Source: Bdellovibrionia bacterium
GTDB taxonomy: Bacteria; Bdellovibrionota; Bdellovibrionia; Bdellovibrionales; UBA1609
NCBI GenBank assembly: GCA_030432925.1
Contig: JAUILT010000001.1
Location: 13,468 to 77,467, forward strand
DNA length: 64,000 nt
Direction: 5' to 3'
Shown here one piece after another: positions 19,328-27,629 of this stretch (positions are counted from its first letter, which is position 1; each line of letters opens with the position of its first letter). The notes under the pieces were generated by a model, which worked only from the letters and a program-made list of their open reading frames with translations, made no database searches and was not told where the DNA came from. The translations under genes and the position numbers were made by a program.

Positions 19328-20083
19328 ATGACATTAGAATTTGAAAATACTTATATTATTTTTACAGACGGAGCCTGCTCAGGAAACCCTGGCCGAGGTG
19401 GCTGGGGAGCTGTTGTTTATTCTCCTGATGGTAGCATTGAAGAACTCGGCAGAGGCAGTTTTACCACTACCAATAATAAAATGGAAATGACCGCAACCAT
19501 TGAAGCTTTAAAGGTAATTGACGGAGAGCTGGGAAAAGACGTGTGGCTGTACACCGACTCCACCTATGTGATCCGTGGAATCACCCAATGGATATGGAGT
19601 TGGAAGAAAAAAGGCTGGAAAAACTCTGAAGGAGGTCAAGTTACCAATCAGGACTTATGGAAAGCCCTTGAACACGAAGTCATACGACTCAAAAAACGAG
19701 GAGTTAAAATTGACTGGCGCTACGTGCGCGGACATACGGGTGTGCCAGGAAATGAGCGTGTTGATGAAATTGCTGTTTGTTTTACTAAAAAATCTAACCC
19801 TCACCTATATTCTGGATCGTTGCTTCAATACTCCGTGGCTATTTTAGATCTTCCTGAATCCCATGAACTACCACCTATGCGAGAGCGCAAAGAAAAAAAA
19901 GCTGCTCATTCTTATTTAAGTTATGTCAATGGCCAGGTATCAAGACATCAAACATGGAAAGAGTGTGAGGCAAAGGTCAAAGGTCGTAGTGGAGCTCAAT
20001 TTAAAAAGGCTTTATCTGCATCCGATGAATTAAAAATTCTTAAAGACTGGGGCGTATCACCAGACCGCCTAAAGGATAATTAG
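19328..20083 (+). CDS. rnhA: ribonuclease HI with C-terminal RNase H1-type hybrid-binding (Cauli_VI-like) domain
   Basis: 'IFTDGACSGNPGRGGWGAVV', 'MEMTATIEAL', 'LYTDSTYV', 'VRGHTGVPGNERVDEIA', followed by 'YLSYVNGQVSRHQTWKECEAKVKGRSGAQFKKALS'. The start is uncertain; the track uses 19268. Confidence 0.85.
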   Translation: MTLEFENTYIIFTDGACSGNPGRGGWGAVVYSPDGSIEELGRGSFTTTNNKMEMTATIEALKVIDGELGKDVWLYTDSTYVIRGITQWIWSWKKKGWKNSEGGQVTNQDLWKALEHEVIRLKKRGVKIDWRYVRGHTGVPGNERVDEIAVCFTKKSNPHLYSGSLLQYSVAILDLPESHELPPMRERKEKKAAHSYLSYVNGQVSRHQTWKECEAKVKGRSGAQFKKALSASDELKILKDWGVSPDRLKDN

Positions 20084-20115
20084 AAGCCGCCTCAAGGCTG
20101 TCACAACGGCAGGCT

Positions 20116-21306
20116 TCAGCGACTTACACCTTTGGGCAAACGTAAATGAAAGTACAAAAACTGAGTTTTCTGAAAAGTAGTAAAGTTATTGTCACTTACC
20201 AGAATCAGTAAATGTCGCCCATCTTTAGTTTGAGGGCCTAAAGTCATTCCCTCCAAGTTATCAACTCTTGGATGCTCTTCACTGAGAGAACCAATCAAAT
20301 TATCAAAATCATAGATCATTTGTTTTTTACAAGGCTCCAGCTTCACACTCTTTACAGACTTTAAAGAAATTACATTTGTAGCGTTTGAACAGTCTGCCAG
20401 GAATAACTTCACCCGGTTCTTTGAGCGCCCGGCCAGATAAGCCCTTTCCAATACAAATACCTTTTTATTTTTAAAGCCTATAAGGTCAACCACACCAATA
20501 ACTGACTGGGTGTTTAAGCTCTTATCCGGAATAGGGGATAATTCATAAACGTGCTGCGAGCTTTCAAGAAGTACCTCTTCTGCGCTCAACTGATTAAAAG
20601 ACAATCGAACCCTTGTTCCCAGCTCATTGGTTGATTTTTCTCCGTCTTGAATAAGAGCAGATTCCGTCGTTGTCACCAATGTTCCGTCGTCTGGATTGAT
20701 ATCTAAAGACTCAAAGGAAAGATTATTTCTTACCCCATTATTCGAGTCCCAGTCTTCAGGGTCAGAGGAAAACCATGGCATTGGAAAATTATAACGATCT
20801 TGAAGAACCCCTGCAGCGTTTAATTTAAAGATTGCCGGCACAGCAGTTTTGGTCTCTTTAAAATCTCCTTCTGAAGACACATAGATCCATCCTGCAGCAT
20901 CCAGGGAGATACCTTCTGGGTCCATACTACGATCTGGAAAATTCTTGCCATTTTCAGCCTTGATGGTTTGCACAGCTTGAACATTTACTGAGTACTTTCC
21001 CGTATCAGATGAACTTAAACGCAGTTCATAAAACCGGCTGGGTCCAGCTCTTCCACCTCGGTCATCACTTATTGCATATAGGGTTTTATTTAAATCTGAC
21101 CAAGCCAAGCCAGAAAGCCCCCCAATCTCAACCTCATCACCTGGCCACTCAGGTGGTAAGATCTGATCGTTGATAAACTCCAAGTACTGTGGCTTGGGGG
21201 CTACGGCCTTATCTTGCCTTAATAAATGCGTCATATACTTGTCATGCAGGTAAAGGCCTAAGGCCACAGAAGCAGCAATGACAATCAATCCTATTACTTT
21301 TCTCAT
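20116..21306 (-). CDS. secreted phytase-like esterase family protein (PF13449-like)
   Basis: 'GLSGLAWSD...YAISDDRG', 'FESLDINPDDGTLVTTTESAL', 'NLEGMTLGP...LLILVSDNNF'. The ATG at 21306 gives a classical signal peptide; the track starts at a GTG at 21336. Confidence 0.6.
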   Translation of the reverse strand: MRKVIGLIVIAASVALGLYLHDKYMTHLLRQDKAVAPKPQYLEFINDQILPPEWPGDEVEIGGLSGLAWSDLNKTLYAISDDRGGRAGPSRFYELRLSSSDTGKYSVNVQAVQTIKAENGKNFPDRSMDPEGISLDAAGWIYVSSEGDFKETKTAVPAIFKLNAAGVLQDRYNFPMPWFSSDPEDWDSNNGVRNNLSFESLDINPDDGTLVTTTESALIQDGEKSTNELGTRVRLSFNQLSAEEVLLESSQHVYELSPIPDKSLNTQSVIGVVDLIGFKNKKVFVLERAYLAGRSKNRVKLFLADCSNATNVISLKSVKSVKLEPCKKQMIYDFDNLIGSLSEEHPRVDNLEGMTLGPQTKDGRHLLILVSDNNFTTFQKTQFLYFHLRLPKGVSR

Positions 21307-21371
21307 GAGAAGAAAGACATTAGTGATTGCTCCCACAAAAGGTCAAGCTTAAAAGGTCCACAGGTTGTCAA

Positions 21372-21854
21372 TCAGGGGGCTTTTCTTAAATGGGCTAAAT
21401 ACGGCTCCCAATCGCTAGGACAATGACTATTACGAGAGTAACTGAACTCCTTACTGGGCAACCACTTGGGTTGAACCGGTCGTTTTTTCAAACGCATCCC
21501 CGCCTGCTCAGGAGTCATATCGCCTTTTTTATTATTGCAAGGACCACAGGCCGCAACCACATTGGTCCATATATGTTGTCCTCCCTTTGAAACTGGGTGC
21601 ACATGATCCACAGTCAAAGCTTTTTCAGGAAACCGATCTCCACAATACTGACAAGTGTGATTATCTCGAAGAAACAAATTTTGCCTAGAGAGCTTAACGA
21701 CAACAGAAGAGAAGTTAGGTCGAATATATTTTCGAAGTCTCAGAACGCTGGGAAGGTGAAAAGCCGCCGAAGCACTTCTCACCTGAACAGAATGAAACTC
21801 CAACACGTCCACTTTGTTTTGCAGCCAGAGAATCATTGCTTTTTGCCAATTCAC
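21372..21854 (-). CDS. HNH endonuclease
   Basis: 'CQYCGDRF...LTVDHVHPVSKGGQHIWTNVVAACGPCNNKKG'. GTG start. Confidence 0.8.
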   Translation of the reverse strand: MNWQKAMILWLQNKVDVLEFHSVQVRSASAAFHLPSVLRLRKYIRPNFSSVVVKLSRQNLFLRDNHTCQYCGDRFPEKALTVDHVHPVSKGGQHIWTNVVAACGPCNNKKGDMTPEQAGMRLKKRPVQPKWLPSKEFSYSRNSHCPSDWEPYLAHLRKAP

Positions 21855-22083
21855 TACCTTTAAGGGCTCGTATCCGGCATTGAGAATGAGAGCGCCTGAA
21901 CCAGCTAATTTCTTATTGAAAGCGTCCCTCCTCTTTTTTATAATTCTTTATATATTTTCCCTGAAAACCGCTCAGGGACGCAAGTCCAGCTCTTGATCAA
22001 GATTGTGTTGGCTATGAAAAAGCAATTGTGCCTCAAGTTGAGACACAGTTAGAATTCCAAGCCTCAAGTATGCCTAGGCTATG

Positions 22084-22120
22084 AAAAATGCCTCTCTATG
22101 GGCAGAGAGAGGCTCTTTTC
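22084..22120 (-). terminator. rho-independent (bidirectional-looking) terminator
   Basis: Stem gcctctct / agagaggc (22090-22097 / 22106-22113) is flanked by an A-run and a T-run. It lies immediately downstream of the lipoprotein gene stop at 22127. Confidence 0.6.
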
Positions 22121-22126
22121 TCAAAG

Positions 22127-22837
22127 CTATAGACTTTTCACAGAGTTTTTGAACTCTGCAAGAACAGCTTTAACTGAAGAAAGCTCCATCTGCACCAGAA
22201 TGTTCACTGGAAATGGCACTGCAGCGGCCAACAAGTCTAACTTATTTCCAATAAAGTCCACTTTATCAGCTAATAAGCTCAGAATATCTTTATACCTAGA
22301 CTCTACCTTATCCACTTTTTCCATGACTCGCATCAAAGCAGCAATACCTCTTTGATGAAGAGGACTTGAGATATCCAACTTAGACATGGCATCGGCTAAT
22401 TTTCCACGAATCATGTCAAACTTGGATGGAATTTTTTGAAGACCTTCTAAAACCTTATCGAGAACCTTTTTAACGAGTTGATCCACAATCAGCTGTTGAT
22501 CTATTCCCCCAGAAGGACCAAAAGAAACTCCGCTACTTCCTAATGATATTTTATTCAATGCTTTTTCAGCCTCCTGAGCAGCCTGTTCAGCAGCTGCTGC
22601 AGCTGCTGCAACATCTTCCAAGGCCTTTGCCTGAACGGCCTCATAATCAATGGTATCAACGGTTGCGCCACCTCCCACGCTATCAGGACCACTTGGCGTA
22701 TTGTTATCCCCCACTCCTTGACCAGAATCCAAAGCTGTTGATGCCCAACGGCTATTTCCGGAGTTCATACCTTGCCCACAGGCGGTTAGTATCAGTGCAA
22801 ATACTATAACGATGATATGCATGACGTGCTGTTTCAT
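22127..22837 (-). CDS. lipoprotein, Ala-rich coiled-coil (hypothetical)
   Basis: Lipobox 'ALILTAC'; 'AAAAAAEQAAQEAEKA'. Confidence 0.6.
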   Translation of the reverse strand: MKQHVMHIIVIVFALILTACGQGMNSGNSRWASTALDSGQGVGDNNTPSGPDSVGGGATVDTIDYEAVQAKALEDVAAAAAAAEQAAQEAEKALNKISLGSSGVSFGPSGGIDQQLIVDQLVKKVLDKVLEGLQKIPSKFDMIRGKLADAMSKLDISSPLHQRGIAALMRVMEKVDKVESRYKDILSLLADKVDFIGNKLDLLAAAVPFPVNILVQMELSSVKAVLAEFKNSVKSL

Positions 22838-23288
22838 TTTTTTACCTCTACCCTTTTTTTATTTGTTTTTAAAATCGATACACCCAAACCTTGAGTGCAA
22901 CTCTAATACCGACAAAACTTTGCCTGAAGCTCTACAAAAGAACAGAAAAGTCGAAAAAAACGTCTAGCCTCATTTCTCTGACAATGGTCTTGTCTGTTTT
23001 AATAATTTTACACAGGACCCCAAACGTTTAAAAATTAAGCAGCTTTAAATCAATCAACGATTCCAAATATCTGCATACCCCCCTGTTGACACACTAGACG
23101 CGCCACTTTGATACACAATTTTATAACAACTCCAGGTTCATCTACAAAATGCTGTCGAACTTTTTCACAGGACTTTTACTGTAGACATTGTTTCAAACTT
23201 ATACCGCTTTGAAATCAGAGACTTAAAAAGTTTTTTTAGGTATCAAAATTGCTCTATCTACAGTCAAAGTTAAGAGGAGAAGTACACT

Positions 23289-23756
23289 GTGACAAAGTTT
23301 ATTATTGCCTTCGTTTCAGGGCTCTTTTTACTCTCAAGTTCATCTGCGGCCAATAATTTGGAAGAATCTATTGTTAGCTCCTTACAGGAGTTTGCACAAA
23401 GCTCCGTTCAATCAGTCAAGCTCAGTTGTGCACCTTCACGAGGACCCGCTAGCGTGAACAAGTCTTATATGGTATCTTTTCGCTCAAACTCCGATACAAA
23501 AACTCTCTTGATTCAATCTGAAGGTGACAGAGTCCAGTTTGTATCTTTGGTTAGAGACTTCGTTGAATTTACTCGATGGAAAACTTTTATTCCCAAAGAA
23601 GGGGCCTTTCGCGTAGACGCTGTTGGCAAAGATAAAAATGTTTCAGAACTTATTTTAAACAGTCACAAACCAGACTATATTAAAGCTTTGGAGTCTCTTG
23701 CCCCCAAAGCTCTTGATTGCTGTAGCAATAAATCTTGTCGATCAAAATTAAAGTAA
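23289..23756 (+). CDS. hypothetical secreted protein
   Basis: GTG start 8 nt after the RBS AAGAGGAGA. Signal peptide 'FIIAFVSGLFLLSSSSA'. Confidence 0.5.
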   Translation: MTKFIIAFVSGLFLLSSSSAANNLEESIVSSLQEFAQSSVQSVKLSCAPSRGPASVNKSYMVSFRSNSDTKTLLIQSEGDRVQFVSLVRDFVEFTRWKTFIPKEGAFRVDAVGKDKNVSELILNSHKPDYIKALESLAPKALDCCSNKSCRSKLK

Positions 23757-23796
23757 CCTAAACTGATCTGTCTTGAGCGACAAACGGAAGAACTTC

Positions 23797-24771
23797 TTAC
23801 CTTCCATATAAATAATAAAGCCGCTCTTTATCTACACGACTCAGTTCATCTCGGGAAGGGTGAATAGCCCTGCGTCCTTTGGAACGCATGGTTTTTTGTC
23901 CTTGAAGTTTCGCAAATGCGTTGTCGGGGTAAAGCATAATACTTTCAGAGTCAAATTCAAAGACCGAGCCCGAGTAATTGTGTACCATCTGATCCGGCAT
24001 TTTATTGAACTGAAACAAAAATTGCGGTTGGATATTTTCCCAAAGAATATCAATATAGTTATCTCGATCCTGCCGAGAGTGCTCATGCACAAACCCCAGC
24101 GCATGCATTAATTCGTGCATGACTTCGGTTTTTCCACATTTAGGTGAGATCAACACTGGCTGAGGTCCTCCTGTACGCCCCAGGTGACTTGCACAATGAT
24201 TCTCTATCGCTACAAACACCAAAAAACTTTGATCTCCCTCTTCAGCTGGTACAAAGCGCACAGAGGTATTATCATTAAAATAATCAATGGCCTCTACAAT
24301 AGGTTGAGTGTTGGTGATTTCACCAGTTATCGTATAAGGGATAATATTTGAGGGCCATAACAGAGTTTTCTTGGGTTGAGAAATCCCATTTTCAATACCT
24401 TTTTTATCTGAAGGCACTTGACCCATTAAAATATCTCCTTGAGTAATAGCATACCCACCTTCAATGACTTCAAAGTATACTTGGTTTTTAGGGAGATTGG
24501 AGGGGTATCTATTATCATTTGATTGAGGTTTTTGGAGAGCATTGGGTGCTTCTATTTTGAGTGGTTGGGGAGTATGACTTGGCTCGGCGGGTGCTGACTT
24601 GAATTGGATTGGCTCAGGGGCGTGCAGAGTTTCTTCACCTTCATCATCGATATGTATAACTTTTGTTTTTGGAGCCTCCGAGTGACTTAAAAAATAGATA
24701 GCTCCGCCGCCAACTACAAAAATAGCCATAGCTAACAAAAAGCCCAAAAATTTTTCCACAGCCGGATTCAT
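23797..24771 (-). CDS. astacin-family (M12A) zinc metalloprotease with N-terminal membrane anchor
   Basis: Full astacin signature 'HELMHALGFVHEHSRQDRDNYI' and Met-turn 'SIMLY'. N-terminal helix 'FLGFLLAMAIFVVGGGAIYFL'. Confidence 0.85.
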   Translation of the reverse strand: MNPAVEKFLGFLLAMAIFVVGGGAIYFLSHSEAPKTKVIHIDDEGEETLHAPEPIQFKSAPAEPSHTPQPLKIEAPNALQKPQSNDNRYPSNLPKNQVYFEVIEGGYAITQGDILMGQVPSDKKGIENGISQPKKTLLWPSNIIPYTITGEITNTQPIVEAIDYFNDNTSVRFVPAEEGDQSFLVFVAIENHCASHLGRTGGPQPVLISPKCGKTEVMHELMHALGFVHEHSRQDRDNYIDILWENIQPQFLFQFNKMPDQMVHNYSGSVFEFDSESIMLYPDNAFAKLQGQKTMRSKGRRAIHPSRDELSRVDKERLYYLYGR

Positions 24772-24906
24772 GCGATGATTGCAACTTATTTTACTCTTAT
24801 TGGCAATATCTCTTTAGAAGAACAATTTTGAACCTTTCCAAAAACTCGCTCCTACTGCGTTGCATTTTACTGCCCATTCAAAGTGGATCGATTTACCCTG
24901 ATAAGC

Positions 24907-27234
24907 ATGAATTCACAAAAAACATTACCCAAAGAACTAACAACAATGGTGAACTGGTCTGTGACCCTTCTTGGAGAAGTCATCAAGGACCAGGCTGGAG
25001 ATAAAACCTATCTAACTATAGAAGCTCTAAGAAAACGAACCAAAGAAACTCAAGATGCAGCTCCAGAAAAAGTTCACGCTATCCTGAATGAAATGACAAA
25101 AGAGCTCTATAAACTTTCACCTCCATTGCAGCACAACGTATGCCATGCGTTTGGTATGATGTTGGAGCTTATCAATGCCTGTGAGGCGGCCTACAGAAGT
25201 TTTCGCCTAAAATCTTACGCAAGCCCCGATCTCTCCAAAAGTTCTGTAGAGCGAATCACCTACGTACTCACAGCACATCCGACTGAAGCCAAAACTATTG
25301 AACTCATTGAAAGCTTTGAAAGAATTCAAGCTGTACTTGTAGAATCTCTAATTGAGGGGCGCCCTCAAGTGGAACAAAAGTTAAAGTTTTGGCTCACCAT
25401 GGCCTGGAAGTGGCCTATGGCTAAACACAAAAAACCAGCTGTGAGTGACGAGGCCAATGCTATTTGCACACTGGCATTGAGACCAAAAGTTGTGGATCGC
25501 TGGATTCAGCTCCATCAAACGGGAGTGCCTATCTATTTACGCACCTGGGTGGGAGGTGATAAAGACGGCCACCCTGGCGTAGATGAAATCACCATGCGAG
25601 CGTCTCTTAATATCAGTCGCAAACATATTGTAAAGTATATAGAAAGCCGCTGTGATGAGTCCCTCAAGGCATTGTCTCAAATTCCAAAGGATTATGTAAC
25701 ATTATCGTTAGCCACAAATATTCGTGGCCTTAAAGCCGACTTGCGAAAGTTAAGAGTTCTTGAAAAGGGCGATGGTGCTCGCTGTCAGAAATGGGCAGAA
25801 AAATTAGCTCGTGTAATGAAGGTCTATAAACAGGAACTGGGCGTAGAATGTTTTTATCTCAAACAAATGACTTCATTACTTGAAATCACGCCTGCATTAG
25901 TCATTCCTTTGGAGCTCCGAGAAGACTCTGCCGTCGTGGCCAAAGCCTTGAGTTCTCCTTCAAAATATGCCATTGGACGCATGCTCCAAAATTTACAAAA
26001 AATTAGTGGAAAAACACCTACAGATTGGTATGCCAAAGGCTTTATCTTGAGCATGTGTGAGAGTTCGAATGACCTGCTCAATGGTGTGGAGCTTATGAAG
26101 CGAATCATCAAGGCTCAAGATCTTCCGGTAGTACCACTTTTTGAAAATGAAAAAGCACTGTTGAAAGGGCCTGAAATTATCAAAGAGTTTTCGACAAAGT
26201 CGGGAATAAAAAAGCTGGTGCGGTCCTGGGGAAATTCTATGGAGATCATGGTTGGTTATTCTGATTCATCCAAAGAAAATGGCAGCCTTCGATCACGTCA
26301 GTTAATAGAAAGTGCTTTGTTTAAAATGGAAAAAGCCATCGAAGAATGTCACTTTGAAGCAAGGTTTTTCCATGGTAGTGGTGGAAGCGTTGCCAGAGGA
26401 GGTGGGAGCCTCGAGGAGCAAACCCGGTGGTGGCCAATAAGTGCCCAACGTCGCTTTAAAGCCACTATTCAGGGCGAAATGATTGCGAGAAGTTTTGCCA
26501 GCCCCGAAGTATTTACCAGGCAGGCCTCAAAAATTATGGCTCAATCAAATATCCAACCGCAAAATGTACCAGAAAATATAAGAGTCGCCGTAGAGGCACT
26601 AGCACTAAAAACTCGTGACCATTATCGTATGATGGTGAATGATAATGATTTCATGAAAATAGTAGCAGAAAGTACACCCTATAATTATCTACAACTTTTA
26701 AAAATAGGCAGCCGCCCCTCAAAGAGAAAAAAAGATCTCTCACTAAAAAGTTTAAGAGCCATTCCATGGATTCTATGCTGGACACAGACAAGAGTGTTAT
26801 TTCCCAGTTGGTGGGGTCTAGGAAGTGCCTGGGCCACTTCTACTCTTAAAGAAAAAAAACAACTTCAAGAGGCCTATAACAAAAGTCCTGTATTCAGAAG
26901 TTATATTAACTTGATGGGCTTCACGCTGGCAAAAGTTTCACTGGGTGTATGGCGCACCTACTTGAGCCGGACCGAACTGGATAAAAACGTTCAGGAGTCT
27001 GTGTATGAACTAGTCAGTCGGGAGTACAAAGAGACCGTATACTGCATTAAAGACCTCTCTGGCAGCAATGAGCTTTTATGGCATAAACCCTGGTTAGGAG
27101 CCTCAATCTCTCTGAGAAACCCATTGATTCACCCACTCAATGCCCTACAATTGATAGCACTAAAAAACCAGGACCACACTCTACTAAGAGAAACTGTCAC
27201 GGGAATTGCCTCAGGAATGATGACTACAGGCTAA
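24907..27234 (+). CDS. ppc: phosphoenolpyruvate carboxylase
   Basis: 'VLTAHPTE', 'GYSDSSKENG', 'FHGSGGSVARGGG', and a C-terminal '...MMTTG'. The start is uncertain (GTG 24883 or ATG 24907). Confidence 0.9.
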   Translation: MNSQKTLPKELTTMVNWSVTLLGEVIKDQAGDKTYLTIEALRKRTKETQDAAPEKVHAILNEMTKELYKLSPPLQHNVCHAFGMMLELINACEAAYRSFRLKSYASPDLSKSSVERITYVLTAHPTEAKTIELIESFERIQAVLVESLIEGRPQVEQKLKFWLTMAWKWPMAKHKKPAVSDEANAICTLALRPKVVDRWIQLHQTGVPIYLRTWVGGDKDGHPGVDEITMRASLNISRKHIVKYIESRCDESLKALSQIPKDYVTLSLATNIRGLKADLRKLRVLEKGDGARCQKWAEKLARVMKVYKQELGVECFYLKQMTSLLEITPALVIPLELREDSAVVAKALSSPSKYAIGRMLQNLQKISGKTPTDWYAKGFILSMCESSNDLLNGVELMKRIIKAQDLPVVPLFENEKALLKGPEIIKEFSTKSGIKKLVRSWGNSMEIMVGYSDSSKENGSLRSRQLIESALFKMEKAIEECHFEARFFHGSGGSVARGGGSLEEQTRWWPISAQRRFKATIQGEMIARSFASPEVFTRQASKIMAQSNIQPQNVPENIRVAVEALALKTRDHYRMMVNDNDFMKIVAESTPYNYLQLLKIGSRPSKRKKDLSLKSLRAIPWILCWTQTRVLFPSWWGLGSAWATSTLKEKKQLQEAYNKSPVFRSYINLMGFTLAKVSLGVWRTYLSRTELDKNVQESVYELVSREYKETVYCIKDLSGSNELLWHKPWLGASISLRNPLIHPLNALQLIALKNQDHTLLRETVTGIASGMMTTG

Positions 27235-27240
27235 AGAATA

Positions 27241-27498
27241 TTATTTTTTTCCAGGGCGTGATCCCCATTTCTTGCGGAATTTCTCTGCCCGACCCTCAGT
27301 ATCAATCAAGCGCTGAGTTCCTGTATAGAAAGGGTGAGAAGCACTGGAGATATCCACCTTTACCAAGGGGTACTCTTTACCATCTCTCCAAGTGATAGTC
27401 TCTTTCGCTTTGACCGTAGACATAGTCTTCAATTCAAAGTCACAAGAAATATCCTTAAAAACCACTTCACGAAACTCGGGATGAATATCTGCTTTCAT
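27241..27498 (-). CDS. rpmE: 50S ribosomal protein L31, type B (no CxxC zinc ribbon)
   Basis: 'MKADIHPEF...[28 protein letters not shown]'. Only one Cys is present. The start is at the ATG at 27498. Confidence 0.9.
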   Translation of the reverse strand: MKADIHPEFREVVFKDISCDFELKTMSTVKAKETITWRDGKEYPLVKVDISSASHPFYTGTQRLIDTEGRAEKFRKKWGSRPGKK

Positions 27499-27629
27499 TT
27501 GCCTATCTCTCTTCAAAAAATAAAAATCCACTGAATCCGATGATTTATCACCTTTTGAGCGTCAACGCAAGGGGCAACACTGTTCTGTATATAGGTTCAT
27601 TAATTGAGTATTTTCAGTATGTTATAGTT

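Noticed and set aside
22005-22095. Short repeated words 'ggctatgaaaaa' (x2) and 'gcctcaagt' (x2) upstream of the terminator
   Set aside because: The words are only 9-12 nt long with irregular spacing. This is compatible with chance or a small ancient duplication, and no structure or ORF is associated.
27611-27629. Possible Zur/Fur-type box ('gtatgttatagttctatc') upstream of the type-B L31 gene
   Set aside because: Type-B L31 paralogues are often Zur-regulated, which is why I looked. Only one half-site (TGTTATA) is recognisable, the dyad is poor, and it abuts the stop codon of the neighbouring gene. The evidence is too weak to call.
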